DNA of 64,000 bases, taken from the NCBI GenBank assembly GCA_029856125.1, contig JAHQWJ010000080.1, forward strand, positions 32,001 through 96,000, read 5' to 3'. Position 1 is the first letter of the stretch. Every line of letters begins with the position of its first letter. Source of the stretch: Promethearchaeia archaeon. Its GTDB lineage: Archaea; Asgardarchaeota; Lokiarchaeia; Sigyniarchaeales; SOKP01. The notes below the pieces were generated by a model that saw only the letters and a program-made list of their open reading frames with translations, searched no databases and was not told the origin of the DNA. Shown here piece by piece: positions 37,372 through 45,828 of the stretch. A program made the translations under genes and the position numbers.

Positions 37372-39024
37372 CTAATTTTCCTTAAAAAAATGTAAAATAT
37401 CCTTAATTTGACTAAATACAGAAAAATTTGAATTATACGCTTTCTTTAAAATAATGTTCAATCCATGAATGAGATGATTTTCTGGAAATTGTATTGATTC
37501 TTCAAATTGGTTTAGATAAAAATCAGGAATTAGAAGTCCACATTTCTCATAAGTAGCCGAAAATTTATCTACAAACTTTTCTGCTGTTACAATAGAATTT
37601 TGATAGCTACCATCATTTGTCCCATAAGTGGGACTTGTTTCGTATTGCCCCATTGGAAAAGAATTAATTAGCTCATACGGAATAATGCCGTAAATAATAG
37701 AGTAAAATGCTAAATGTATCTGGTTTCTTTTAATTAAATCGTTGTTGTCAATTTCAGCTAACCATTTTATAACCATAGGAGAGGTTTTACCCTTAACATC
37801 TAATTCAGGTAAAATGATAAAATATTTAGCATCTTTAGGCGGACGATAATTATTTAATAATTTCTGTTCATATCGATAAATTAAAGGTCTTTCTATGCTC
37901 TCTTTAGATGAGTAAAGTCTTCCATGGTTTTTATAAATTTTCTCATAAACTTCGAAGAGGGGTTTATTTCTTTTTATTAAACTTGCTGCTTTAACTAAAT
38001 TGGGATGACTACGAATTCTTTGTTCAACTAACTCCCATAAATTGCCTTCTCTAATCGCTTGTCTAATAGTTTTCAATTCTGAGAACGATAAGTATAAATT
38101 GTGCTTAGCAATTAATTGTATCCTCAAATCCTCTTCAAACTTCATAAGCTCGGTTGGTGAATATTTTACACAGATTGGGCAATGGCAAGGGAATTCGTTT
38201 AATTCCTCAAGTTTCTTGGTGCCTGTGGATAAGGTAAAATAACGATTTTCCTTAGCAAACAAGATATATGCAGCCGAATCCATTAAATCACACCCACACG
38301 CTACAGCTAAAGAAAAATATTGTGGTAATCCTAGCCCAAACATGTGAACTGGTTTGTTAGGAATAACATATCGTTTTACAGTTAATAGGATTTGTGTGGT
38401 GAGGTCAAATCTATAATTTAAAAATGCTTTTACAATTCCTCCTACTGCATAGATTCCAAAATCTAATTTGCTCATTTCAATTGTGCTTTCTTTCAACAAT
38501 TCGAAATGCGTTCCTCCGTGTAACGGTCCAAACCAATAGCAATCCTGCCGAGACCTCCTTGAAATATTATCTTTTGCCCTCTCAATGGTTGTATTAACTT
38601 TTACTTTTGCTATTTCGTAATTATCTTCTAATTGTACTGGAATATCTAATATTACAGGGAAGTCTGAACCGATATCTTCTTGAAATCTTTCTATGGTGGT
38701 AGCATCAAGATCAAAAGAGTCTTTGTTATACATATATTGTTGAAACGCACCACTATCTGTTGCAATTATCCCATCGTAATTCAGGTACTCATGGAGTCCT
38801 TTATGGAGAACCTGAGCTCTTAATTTTTCGTTTTTATAAATAATGTATGCGTTGGTAAAAAGGCATTGAGCTCCGAATGTTTTTAGATCTTGTGGTGTGA
38901 TAATATTTCTGGATGGATGTATTACCGGAAATAGATTGGGAGTAATCATCTCTTTACCGTTCAAACTGATTCGTCCTAACCTTGCTAATGCATCAACATC
39001 TTCTATTTCAAACTTCATATTCAT
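37372..39024 (-). CDS. tgtA: Archaeosine tRNA-guanine(15) transglycosylase
   Basis: TPNLFPV, TDSGAFQ, VHMFGLG, DLMDSAAY, zinc site CHCPIC...HNL, EGNLWELVE.R. Confidence 0.95.
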   Translation of the reverse strand: MNMKFEIEDVDALARLGRISLNGKEMITPNLFPVIHPSRNIITPQDLKTFGAQCLFTNAYIIYKNEKLRAQVLHKGLHEYLNYDGIIATDSGAFQQYMYNKDSFDLDATTIERFQEDIGSDFPVILDIPVQLEDNYEIAKVKVNTTIERAKDNISRRSRQDCYWFGPLHGGTHFELLKESTIEMSKLDFGIYAVGGIVKAFLNYRFDLTTQILLTVKRYVIPNKPVHMFGLGLPQYFSLAVACGCDLMDSAAYILFAKENRYFTLSTGTKKLEELNEFPCHCPICVKYSPTELMKFEEDLRIQLIAKHNLYLSFSELKTIRQAIREGNLWELVEQRIRSHPNLVKAASLIKRNKPLFEVYEKIYKNHGRLYSSKESIERPLIYRYEQKLLNNYRPPKDAKYFIILPELDVKGKTSPMVIKWLAEIDNNDLIKRNQIHLAFYSIIYGIIPYELINSFPMGQYETSPTYGTNDGSYQNSIVTAEKFVDKFSATYEKCGLLIPDFYLNQFEESIQFPENHLIHGLNIILKKAYNSNFSVFSQIKDILHFFKEN

Positions 39025-39044
39025 CCTCTTCTAATCCAGATTTA

Positions 39045-39638
39045 CTAATCAAAAAATTGCTCCAAACGATCCTCTTGAGATAATTTTTCTAACCAATCGA
39101 TTTTTCCAATGATATATTCATTCACATCTACCATCCCTGTAAGAATTTTTGTTATTGTCTTGGTAATTACATCAATACTATTATTTGTAGTATCAATTTC
39201 CAGTATTGGTTTGTTCAATTGTTTATTCAAGAAATAATTTGCAGAGTTTCCTAAAATTTCAGACTGGACGTTTTCTCTAATTTTTTCCTTTTTATAACCC
39301 CTTTCCTTTAACCTGACACATAATTCGTCGGGATCACATCTTAAAATTATAACATAATTGATATATTGCGAGGGTACAATGTCAGAAAAATGGCTTTCGA
39401 TAATTAGATATTCTAGATCTAGTTTATTATAACGTTCTATTAACTTTATTATGTGACGAACCAATTTTTTTTCATTGATCACTGATGTTTCTCTTTCCAT
39501 GTCATATTTTATAATTAACTTCTCTGAAATTGCTAATTCGTTTAAGCTAATTACTTTATATTTAAAGTTGTTTAATATATTTTGTGAAACTGTTGTCTTT
39601 CCGGTTCCAGGAGTTCCAGAAACGATTAAAAATTTCAT
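39045..39638 (-). CDS. Adenylate kinase 6 / Fap7-like nucleoside monophosphate kinase
   Basis: GTPGTGKTT, IIESH, LKERGY..EKIRENVQSEI, IDWL; likely start MKFLIV at 39638. Confidence 0.92.
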   Translation of the reverse strand: MKFLIVSGTPGTGKTTVSQNILNNFKYKVISLNELAISEKLIIKYDMERETSVINEKKLVRHIIKLIERYNKLDLEYLIIESHFSDIVPSQYINYVIILRCDPDELCVRLKERGYKKEKIRENVQSEILGNSANYFLNKQLNKPILEIDTTNNSIDVITKTITKILTGMVDVNEYIIGKIDWLEKLSQEDRLEQFFD

Positions 39639-39762
39639 GTTTAAATAATTAGAATCATCGGTAAAATATAAAAATAGTAATCTAATAATGAAAAAAAACC
39701 TAAGATGAACCTCGTTTGAAGAAAGATGTATAACAAGAGCATTCATTTAAGATACATTTTAA

Positions 39763-39836
39763 TGGGAAAGGGGGGCTTCGAACCCCCGACCTCACGGTTA
39801 TCAGCCGTGCGCTATACCAGGCTAAGCCACTCTCCC
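39763..39836 (-). tRNA. tRNA-Ile(GAT), intronless
   Basis: GGGAGAG TG GCTT AGCCTGGTA TAGC G CACGG CTGATAA CCGTG AGGTC GGGGG TTCGAAG CCCCC CTTTCCC A. Confidence 0.97.
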
Positions 39837-39991
39837 GATAAAAAACCTATAATTTTAACGACTTCCACAAATGTTTTAAAAATAAGTTTTTAATATCTCA
39901 CTAAATATTATTTATTTAAAAAATTTTTGTGTTGTTAAGCCTTAAATTTTAATAGAATAAAGAGAATATTTTTTTATATGATAGTGAAAAA

Positions 39992-40432
39992 GTGAACCAA
40001 TTGCCTAAAATATTAAATTATTCAATTATTGGTTTAGAAGATTATCTTATCAGTTTTGAAAATTATTGTTCACCCTGTCAAATTCAAAAATTTTGTAAAT
40101 ACGGCAGGACTGAGCCTTTTACGATAGCGATTAATTGTAGCGATTTAAATAGGGCGAAAGAAAAAATCAAATTTGAGCAGCTCCAAAAATTGCAGAAAAA
40201 AGAAGATGTTTCTGTAACCTATGAGGAATTAGTGAAAAAAGTTAAAATAAACGTTCAGAACATATTTAGTCAGATATGGAAGGATAAAGTTAAAGCACGT
40301 AAAGAAGAAATAAGATGTTTAAATTCAAAGAAAGTAGATTCAATGTTGGTTTCTCAGCAGGGACAAGACTGGTGGCAAGATTTTAACTTTACTATAAAGG
40401 TAATAAACCGTGAATGCGAAAAAATACTTTGA
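39992..40432 (+). CDS. Hypothetical protein with a Cys cluster
   Basis: CSPC.....C...C pattern; 146-aa ORF. Confidence 0.7.
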   Translation: MNQLPKILNYSIIGLEDYLISFENYCSPCQIQKFCKYGRTEPFTIAINCSDLNRAKEKIKFEQLQKLQKKEDVSVTYEELVKKVKINVQNIFSQIWKDKVKARKEEIRCLNSKKVDSMLVSQQGQDWWQDFNFTIKVINRECEKIL

Positions 40433-40542
40433 ACTCTTTCTTACGCTTTCTAAAGATCATTATGTACTAAAAAAAAATTAAAATTGAACGATGACTTTTA
40501 AAATGGGTAGTTTTTTTATATTCATTTTTAGATAAATATAAG

Positions 40543-41163
40543 ATGAAAAATTTTTGCTATACATACCAATCAACCTATGCACTCGATAGCGTTTTAGATC
40601 CCTTAGAAGAAATCTGCTCAGAATTTAATAGTTTTGCTCTGATTTTTTTTCAATATTTTAAGTATATATTTGTTATTGTCTTGATTGGTTGTGGAGTTTT
40701 AACCCTTCTAAAATTGAGAGGTTATTATTTCAGATCAAGATCATTTTCTGCTGAAGGAGACTCAAATAAAAAAGATCCATTTAATAAACCGCGTTTAGTT
40801 GTCGGAGCTGTTTATATCTTTATAGGTTTTGGGATTCTTTTTAATTATCTTATATACTTTTTCATATGGCTTTTGGACCCCCTGCCAGATCGCTTTATTT
40901 TTAATCTTCTAAGCCTAATTGATATTGATCCCTTTAATCTAAATAGAATCACTGATATTCACTCGGCTATTTATCCACATGAACAAACATGTTATTACAT
41001 AGTTGCAATGCTTTCTTTTACTAGTACAATTCATTCAACGGTTGCAATATGGTATTTTATCAATAATGTTCGAAATCCTAGAAAAACTATAATTTGGGTG
41101 TTCTCATCAGTTCCAGGAGGAATATTTTTTGGGTTTACAACATTTTTGCCATTCATGCTTTAG
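40543..41163 (+). CDS. Hypothetical membrane protein
   Basis: Four hydrophobic segments. Confidence 0.75.
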   Translation: MKNFCYTYQSTYALDSVLDPLEEICSEFNSFALIFFQYFKYIFVIVLIGCGVLTLLKLRGYYFRSRSFSAEGDSNKKDPFNKPRLVVGAVYIFIGFGILFNYLIYFFIWLLDPLPDRFIFNLLSLIDIDPFNLNRITDIHSAIYPHEQTCYYIVAMLSFTSTIHSTVAIWYFINNVRNPRKTIIWVFSSVPGGIFFGFTTFLPFML

Positions 41164-41359
41164 GAACTCTCGGATGGTGAATGGGTTTGATCAAAAGATT
41201 TATATATTCAAGTTACATATAATTATTTTGCATTCAAGTAGTAAATCGATTTTCAGTCACACGAATAAAGATTTATTGAATTTAGTAATATTTTGTGTTA
41301 GTTTACACGGGAAATAATTAAGTTTTGTGAAGGTTAATTTCAAAAAAGAGGTTTTTAAA

Positions 41360-42247
41360 GTGGTAATAAAATCAGAAGTTAGTAACATATCAAGCTTATG
41401 TCCAGAATGTAAAGGTAAGACAATTCCAATTCACGAAAAAGGAGAAATTGTATGTCGTCAATGTGGTTTAGTTATAAGTGAAAGGTTATTAGATATATCA
41501 CATAGCGGTAAGCGAGCATTCACAAAGCAGGAGAAAGATAGAAGAGAGAGGACGGGATCTCCTATTTCAATTCTATTACCTGATATGGGGTTAAGTACTA
41601 TTATTGACAAAAACAACATAAGAAGTCCTGATTTGAAAAGAGCTGCAAAATGGAATTCTCGCATGACGTGGGATAAAAGAAACATGCTAATTGCTACTAC
41701 TGAACTAAAAAGAATCGGGAGCAATTTAAATTTGCCCAACCATATAAAAAAGGCAGCTATTAAATTGTATATTGAAGCGTTTAAGAAAAAATTACTCCGC
41801 GGTAGGTCAATCAACGGTATGGTCGCTGCTTGCTTGTATTTTGCTTGTAGAGAACGAAAAATCCCTAGAACACTTCAAGAAATATTAGATCAAACTTCAG
41901 TCAATGCAAAAAATGTTAGGAGATGTTATAGAACAATAATAAGAGAATTAAATTTAAAAGCACCTTCCACTAACCCTATTTCTCTCATTCCCAGATTTGT
42001 TGCAGAATTAGGATTAGATGCTGAAACTGAACAAGTAACGATCAAGATTTTACAATCTTTTATCTCAAAATATTCAACAAGTGGTAAGGATCCGAAGGGA
42101 TTATGCGCAGGAGCATTATATTTAGTATGCAAAAAGAGAGATAAGAGGATTTCTCAAAAAGATATAGCAAATGTAGTAGGAGTTACCGAAGTTACTTTAC
42201 GCTCTAGGTATAAAGAATTGATTGATAAATTAAATATTGAAATATAA
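41360..42247 (+). CDS. tfb: Transcription initiation factor IIB
   Basis: Zn ribbon CPEC...CRQCG, two cyclin repeats (LLRGRS, PRTL.EI, TSGKDPKG, VGVTEVTLRSRYKEL); start GTG 41360 after GAGGT. Confidence 0.97.
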   Translation: MVIKSEVSNISSLCPECKGKTIPIHEKGEIVCRQCGLVISERLLDISHSGKRAFTKQEKDRRERTGSPISILLPDMGLSTIIDKNNIRSPDLKRAAKWNSRMTWDKRNMLIATTELKRIGSNLNLPNHIKKAAIKLYIEAFKKKLLRGRSINGMVAACLYFACRERKIPRTLQEILDQTSVNAKNVRRCYRTIIRELNLKAPSTNPISLIPRFVAELGLDAETEQVTIKILQSFISKYSTSGKDPKGLCAGALYLVCKKRDKRISQKDIANVVGVTEVTLRSRYKELIDKLNIEI

Positions 42248-42253
42248 TTTTTT

Positions 42254-42835
42254 TTAATTTTCTCTTTGTAAAAGTAGTTTAACAAAGTCAGGTAGTGTTA
42301 AGAGATAACTTTGTGCATTAGGTAGTTGTTCTTTAATTTTCATGAAGAGTTGAGAATAATGTTCTGCTCGATCTTTTTGTTTTAATACCTCGTTTCTCGA
42401 TTGTTCCCTTATTGGCTCAACCGGAATTCCCCGTAATACTGATCTCGCGGGAATTGTTAAACCAGGAGGGACCTGGCTATTTTTAATAATGATAGACCCT
42501 TCTCCAATTGAACTTTCTTCATAAATAAGAGTCCCTTCCATAATTTGTATGTAATCTTCCATGAAGCAACCTAGAATTGTAACTCCTGATTCAATTATGC
42601 AATAACGCCCAATATTAATTGAACTTTTTTGAGATCTCGTAAACATCATCGCACCATTAAAAACTGTTGTATACTCACCGATATTAATTTTTGAGTTTTC
42701 AGCTCGAATTATAGAGCCGGGCCAAATAATTGCATTATCATTTACAGTAACATCGCCAATTAAAGTCGCTAGTGGAGATACATAACAATTATCACTAATA
42801 TTAGGGCTTCTTCCATTATATTCAAGTATTACCAT
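42254..42835 (-). CDS. Gamma-carbonic-anhydrase-like left-handed beta-helix protein lacking the His ligands
   Basis: YVSPLATLIGDV....IWPGSIIR hexapeptide repeats, IPARSVLRGIP; no His within the beta-helix. Confidence 0.85.
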   Translation of the reverse strand: MVILEYNGRSPNISDNCYVSPLATLIGDVTVNDNAIIWPGSIIRAENSKINIGEYTTVFNGAMMFTRSQKSSINIGRYCIIESGVTILGCFMEDYIQIMEGTLIYEESSIGEGSIIIKNSQVPPGLTIPARSVLRGIPVEPIREQSRNEVLKQKDRAEHYSQLFMKIKEQLPNAQSYLLTLPDFVKLLLQREN

Positions 42836-42985
42836 TGTTCTTCAACTATGTTTTTATTATTTAGACTGAAAAAAAGGTAAAATTCAAACCATTTAAATTT
42901 AATTAAATTATCAAGTTAAATAATCTCTTTTCTTAATAATGAAAATCTACATCTTCATAAATTCTCGATTTATTAGAAGTTCATT

Positions 42986-43801
42986 TTAATTAAAAATATT
43001 TATAGGATCTCTTGATTCAAAGAAATAAAAATCATCATGAGGAAACTCTAAACTCAGAATGTTATGCATTTTTTTCAAAGCAATAATGTTGCAGTTATAA
43101 AGAGATATTCCTATTAAGTTTAAACGGGATTCTTTAGCATAACTAGCAATTTGATTATCGAAATAACCAGAGATATAACAATCACAATTGTTTTTTAATG
43201 CCTTTCTAAGATAATTTATATTTAATTTATCTTCTCCTACAATACAAATTTTCTTTACTTCTGAATTTAATTCACCTACGAATAAAACTTCTTCAACTTC
43301 TAAATTAGATTTAATCCTTTTAAGTAAATTATCTAAAGTCATAATTTTAGTGTTCTCTGTATAAGAATTTGGGACGCATATTCTTCCTATAGGAACAGAA
43401 TCGCCCCTATTGTTTTTAACATTAAGTGTTTGATCCAATTTTAGATAGAGAGATTCCATAATAGTATCTGAAACACCTCCCTCAGCAGCTATAAAACTTG
43501 AGTTTAAAATAAAAATCAACAAAGGGTATCTGGATAGTAAATTTAACTTATTTATTAATAACTGATTAAAATGAGTGATAGGGTTATTATTGAAGTTGTT
43601 GAGAGAAATTATGAGGTTTATTTTATTCTTTATTGCATAATGAATTGATTCCAAGCTTAAATCAACCGTAAACAATATTTTTTTAATATGTTTCTTACTG
43701 TTGATTTGTCCGTAATATAATCCATAGTATTCAGAATCAATTCTATAAATTTTTGGAGATAATTTGTTTTCAATTATTGATTTAATCTCATTAAAAAACA
43801 T
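42986..43801 (-). CDS. Nif3-like protein with a degenerate metal site
   Basis: YYGL..G, KKILFTVDL, AEGGVSD, VPIGRI, VKKICIVG, DCYISG; the conserved HHP/H/H-E ligands are replaced. Confidence 0.78.
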   Translation of the reverse strand: MFFNEIKSIIENKLSPKIYRIDSEYYGLYYGQINSKKHIKKILFTVDLSLESIHYAIKNKINLIISLNNFNNNPITHFNQLLINKLNLLSRYPLLIFILNSSFIAAEGGVSDTIMESLYLKLDQTLNVKNNRGDSVPIGRICVPNSYTENTKIMTLDNLLKRIKSNLEVEEVLFVGELNSEVKKICIVGEDKLNINYLRKALKNNCDCYISGYFDNQIASYAKESRLNLIGISLYNCNIIALKKMHNILSLEFPHDDFYFFESRDPINIFN

Positions 43802-43926
43802 TCAAATCACAACCCACTTGGTAATCTTTGAGATTTAAATAAACTAAAAAAATTAAAAGGCTGTCAAGGTTTTTTAAAGTTCATTATTTTTAATCATTAT
43901 ATAATTATCGTAAGTGAGGTAAGTTA

Positions 43927-44346
43927 TTGTTGAGTAACGATGATTGCATATTTTGTAAAATAATTGCAAAAGAAATTCCTTCAAAAATTTTGTATCAAAA
44001 TAATGATACGATCGCATTTCTAGATATTTTTCCAATATCTCAAGGTCATACTATTGTTATACCAAAAAAACATTATACTAATCTAGAAACCATTCCGATA
44101 AATGAATTATATGAGGTTATAGGAGCTGTCAAAATTGTATCTAACTTGATTTATAAAAATTTGAATATTGATGGATACAACATATTGCAGAATAACCATA
44201 AGGCCGCTGGACAAGTAATTAATCACTTTCATATCCACATAATTCCTAGGAGTAGGGGAGATGGAAAATTCAAATTGATAATCCCTAGAGAACAAGCAAC
44301 TGAAGAAGAGCTCGATCAAACACTAAAAATTATTAGCGATTCATAA
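43927..44346 (+). CDS. HIT family hydrolase
   Basis: CIFCKII, AFLDIFP..GHT.VIPK.H, HFHIHIIPR. Confidence 0.96.
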   Translation: MLSNDDCIFCKIIAKEIPSKILYQNNDTIAFLDIFPISQGHTIVIPKKHYTNLETIPINELYEVIGAVKIVSNLIYKNLNIDGYNILQNNHKAAGQVINHFHIHIIPRSRGDGKFKLIIPREQATEEELDQTLKIISDS

Positions 44347-44414
44347 TATTATGCTTTTTAGTTTAGTTTAAAAGGTTTTTTTTACAATATAAGGCAAAAA
44401 AGATCTTTTTTAGT

Positions 44415-44648
44415 ATGAAGAAGAAATCCATTAAACAAATGAAAAAAACAATTCTAAGCAAAATAAAAGCTTTCTTCTCAGACGAATATGGAGGTAATCT
44501 AATAGAATATGCTCTACTAATTGGATTAGCGTTATTTATTTTCTTTATAATTGTCGGAGTTATGACTTCTTTACTAGACTGGCCTTTAGATTTAGCAAAT
44601 AATTTTTGGGAAGACTTTGGTGCGATACTTAAAAACCAATTTCTTTAA
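44415..44648 (+). CDS. Flp-like type IV prepilin
   Basis: Basic leader, FFSDEYG|GNLIEYALLIGLAL with E+5/Y+6, short hydrophobic mature peptide. Confidence 0.75.
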   Translation: MKKKSIKQMKKTILSKIKAFFSDEYGGNLIEYALLIGLALFIFFIIVGVMTSLLDWPLDLANNFWEDFGAILKNQFL

Positions 44649-44701
44649 ATCAGGAGATTTAAGTTTTTAAATTGTGCAAACGAAAGAAGAATAGATAAAT
44701 T

Positions 44702-45076
44702 TTATTCCTGATCTTTTATAACAAGGTTTTCTATGATCCTAATATCATATTTTTCTGTCCATATATGAATATTCTCCAAAACCAACTTTTTATCGACTTG
44801 AAGAAAATTTATAAAATCATCAAAAGGTATTTTATCAGCGCCTTTAAATAGATTCTTGATTCTTTTGTTAATTATTGCATCATCAGGTGGGAATAATTCT
44901 CTTCTTTTTGCCTTCATTTTATCTATAACATCGTCAAATCTACCGTAATCAAAAAAATGTTCCACAATTCTGCTAATTACTGAAGCAGGAGTACTTCCAA
45001 AAACCCCTACTAATTCTTTTACTTGATTCATACTAATTCGGCTTAAAGTTACCGTTGTTCGTGTAGTTTCGGTCAT
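44702..45076 (-). CDS. Ribbon-helix-helix (CopG-like) DNA-binding protein with an extra C-terminal domain
   Basis: TRTTVTLS strand, helix, GSTPASVISRIVEHF. Confidence 0.72.
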   Translation of the reverse strand: MTETTRTTVTLSRISMNQVKELVGVFGSTPASVISRIVEHFFDYGRFDDVIDKMKAKRRELFPPDDAIINKRIKNLFKGADKIPFDDFINFLQVDKKLVLENIHIWTEKYDIRIIENLVIKDQE

Positions 45077-45135
45077 TTTAATGTTGGTTTAGCTTTGTTT
45101 CACAAATATAAAATAATTTTGTCGCTTTTAAGTTT

Positions 45136-45170
45136 ATGCTTATTGATGATAATAATGCATCAATAAGCAT
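45136..45170. promoter_or_regulatory. 13-bp perfect inverted repeat (operator-like) between the divergent RHH and wHTH genes
   Basis: ATGCTTATTGATG-N9-CATCAATAAGCAT. Confidence 0.7.
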
Positions 45171-45299
45171 CTTTATATAAAACTCGGTACTACTATATAA
45201 TATAACAATACGCACTGTCTCATTAGTGAAAATGTCGAAAAATTGTCGAATTAATTAATATAATAGAGAAAAATAAAATAAAAAATGGAGGAATAAATT

Positions 45300-45554
45300 A
45301 TGGTAAATAAAGTTATAACCAACACCGATTTTAACTCAAAAGGGTATTTGACTCCAATTCAGAGTAATTTGATTAATAAATTACGAAATAACGGACCAAC
45401 TACTCGCAAAGATTTAGTGAAAATATTAAATAGTCCCCGAACCACCATTTATGATAATCTTTTAAAGCTACAAAAAAGAAAACTTATCGAAAAGTTTACA
45501 AGAAACAATGGAATGAGAGGTAGACCGTTAGTTTTTTGGAAAGTAAAAGAGTAA
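45300..45554 (+). CDS. Small winged-helix DNA-binding protein (TrmB/ArsR-like)
   Basis: GPTTRKDLVKILNSPRTTIYDNLLKL...GRPLVFW. Confidence 0.85.
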   Translation: MVNKVITNTDFNSKGYLTPIQSNLINKLRNNGPTTRKDLVKILNSPRTTIYDNLLKLQKRKLIEKFTRNNGMRGRPLVFWKVKE

Positions 45555-45613
45555 ATATCAATTTCTTTTTCTTCTTTTTTTAAAAGACAAGAATTAATTA
45601 ATAAAAAACAATA

Positions 45614-45792
45614 ACTCCTATTTTTCCACTGCAAAAAAAAATTAAACAAAGTAAAAAAAATTTTTTGTATATTATAATTAAACAAGCCCCAGTTTCAAAT
45701 TATTTATTCATATTTAAATTATATTATTAATATTTTAATTTTAACTTGATATTTCCTAAGTTATTAACATTTTCCAATGGAAAAATAGGAGT
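45614..45792. other. Inverted pair of ORB-like boxes flanking an AT-rich spacer (candidate replication origin)
   Basis: TTTTGCAGTGGAAAAATAGGAGT (minus, 45636-45614) and TTTTCCAATGGAAAAATAGGAGT (plus, 45770-45792), 21/23 identical, 133-bp AT-rich spacer. Confidence 0.55.
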
Positions 45793-45828
45793 AAATCGGT
45801 TTAAGGATTATTTAAATTCCAAATTTTT

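Noticed and set aside
39639-39746. 36-aa N-terminal extension of AK6 in the ORF track
   Set aside because: The family begins a few residues before the P-loop; the extension is intergenic-like sequence after tRNA-Ile.
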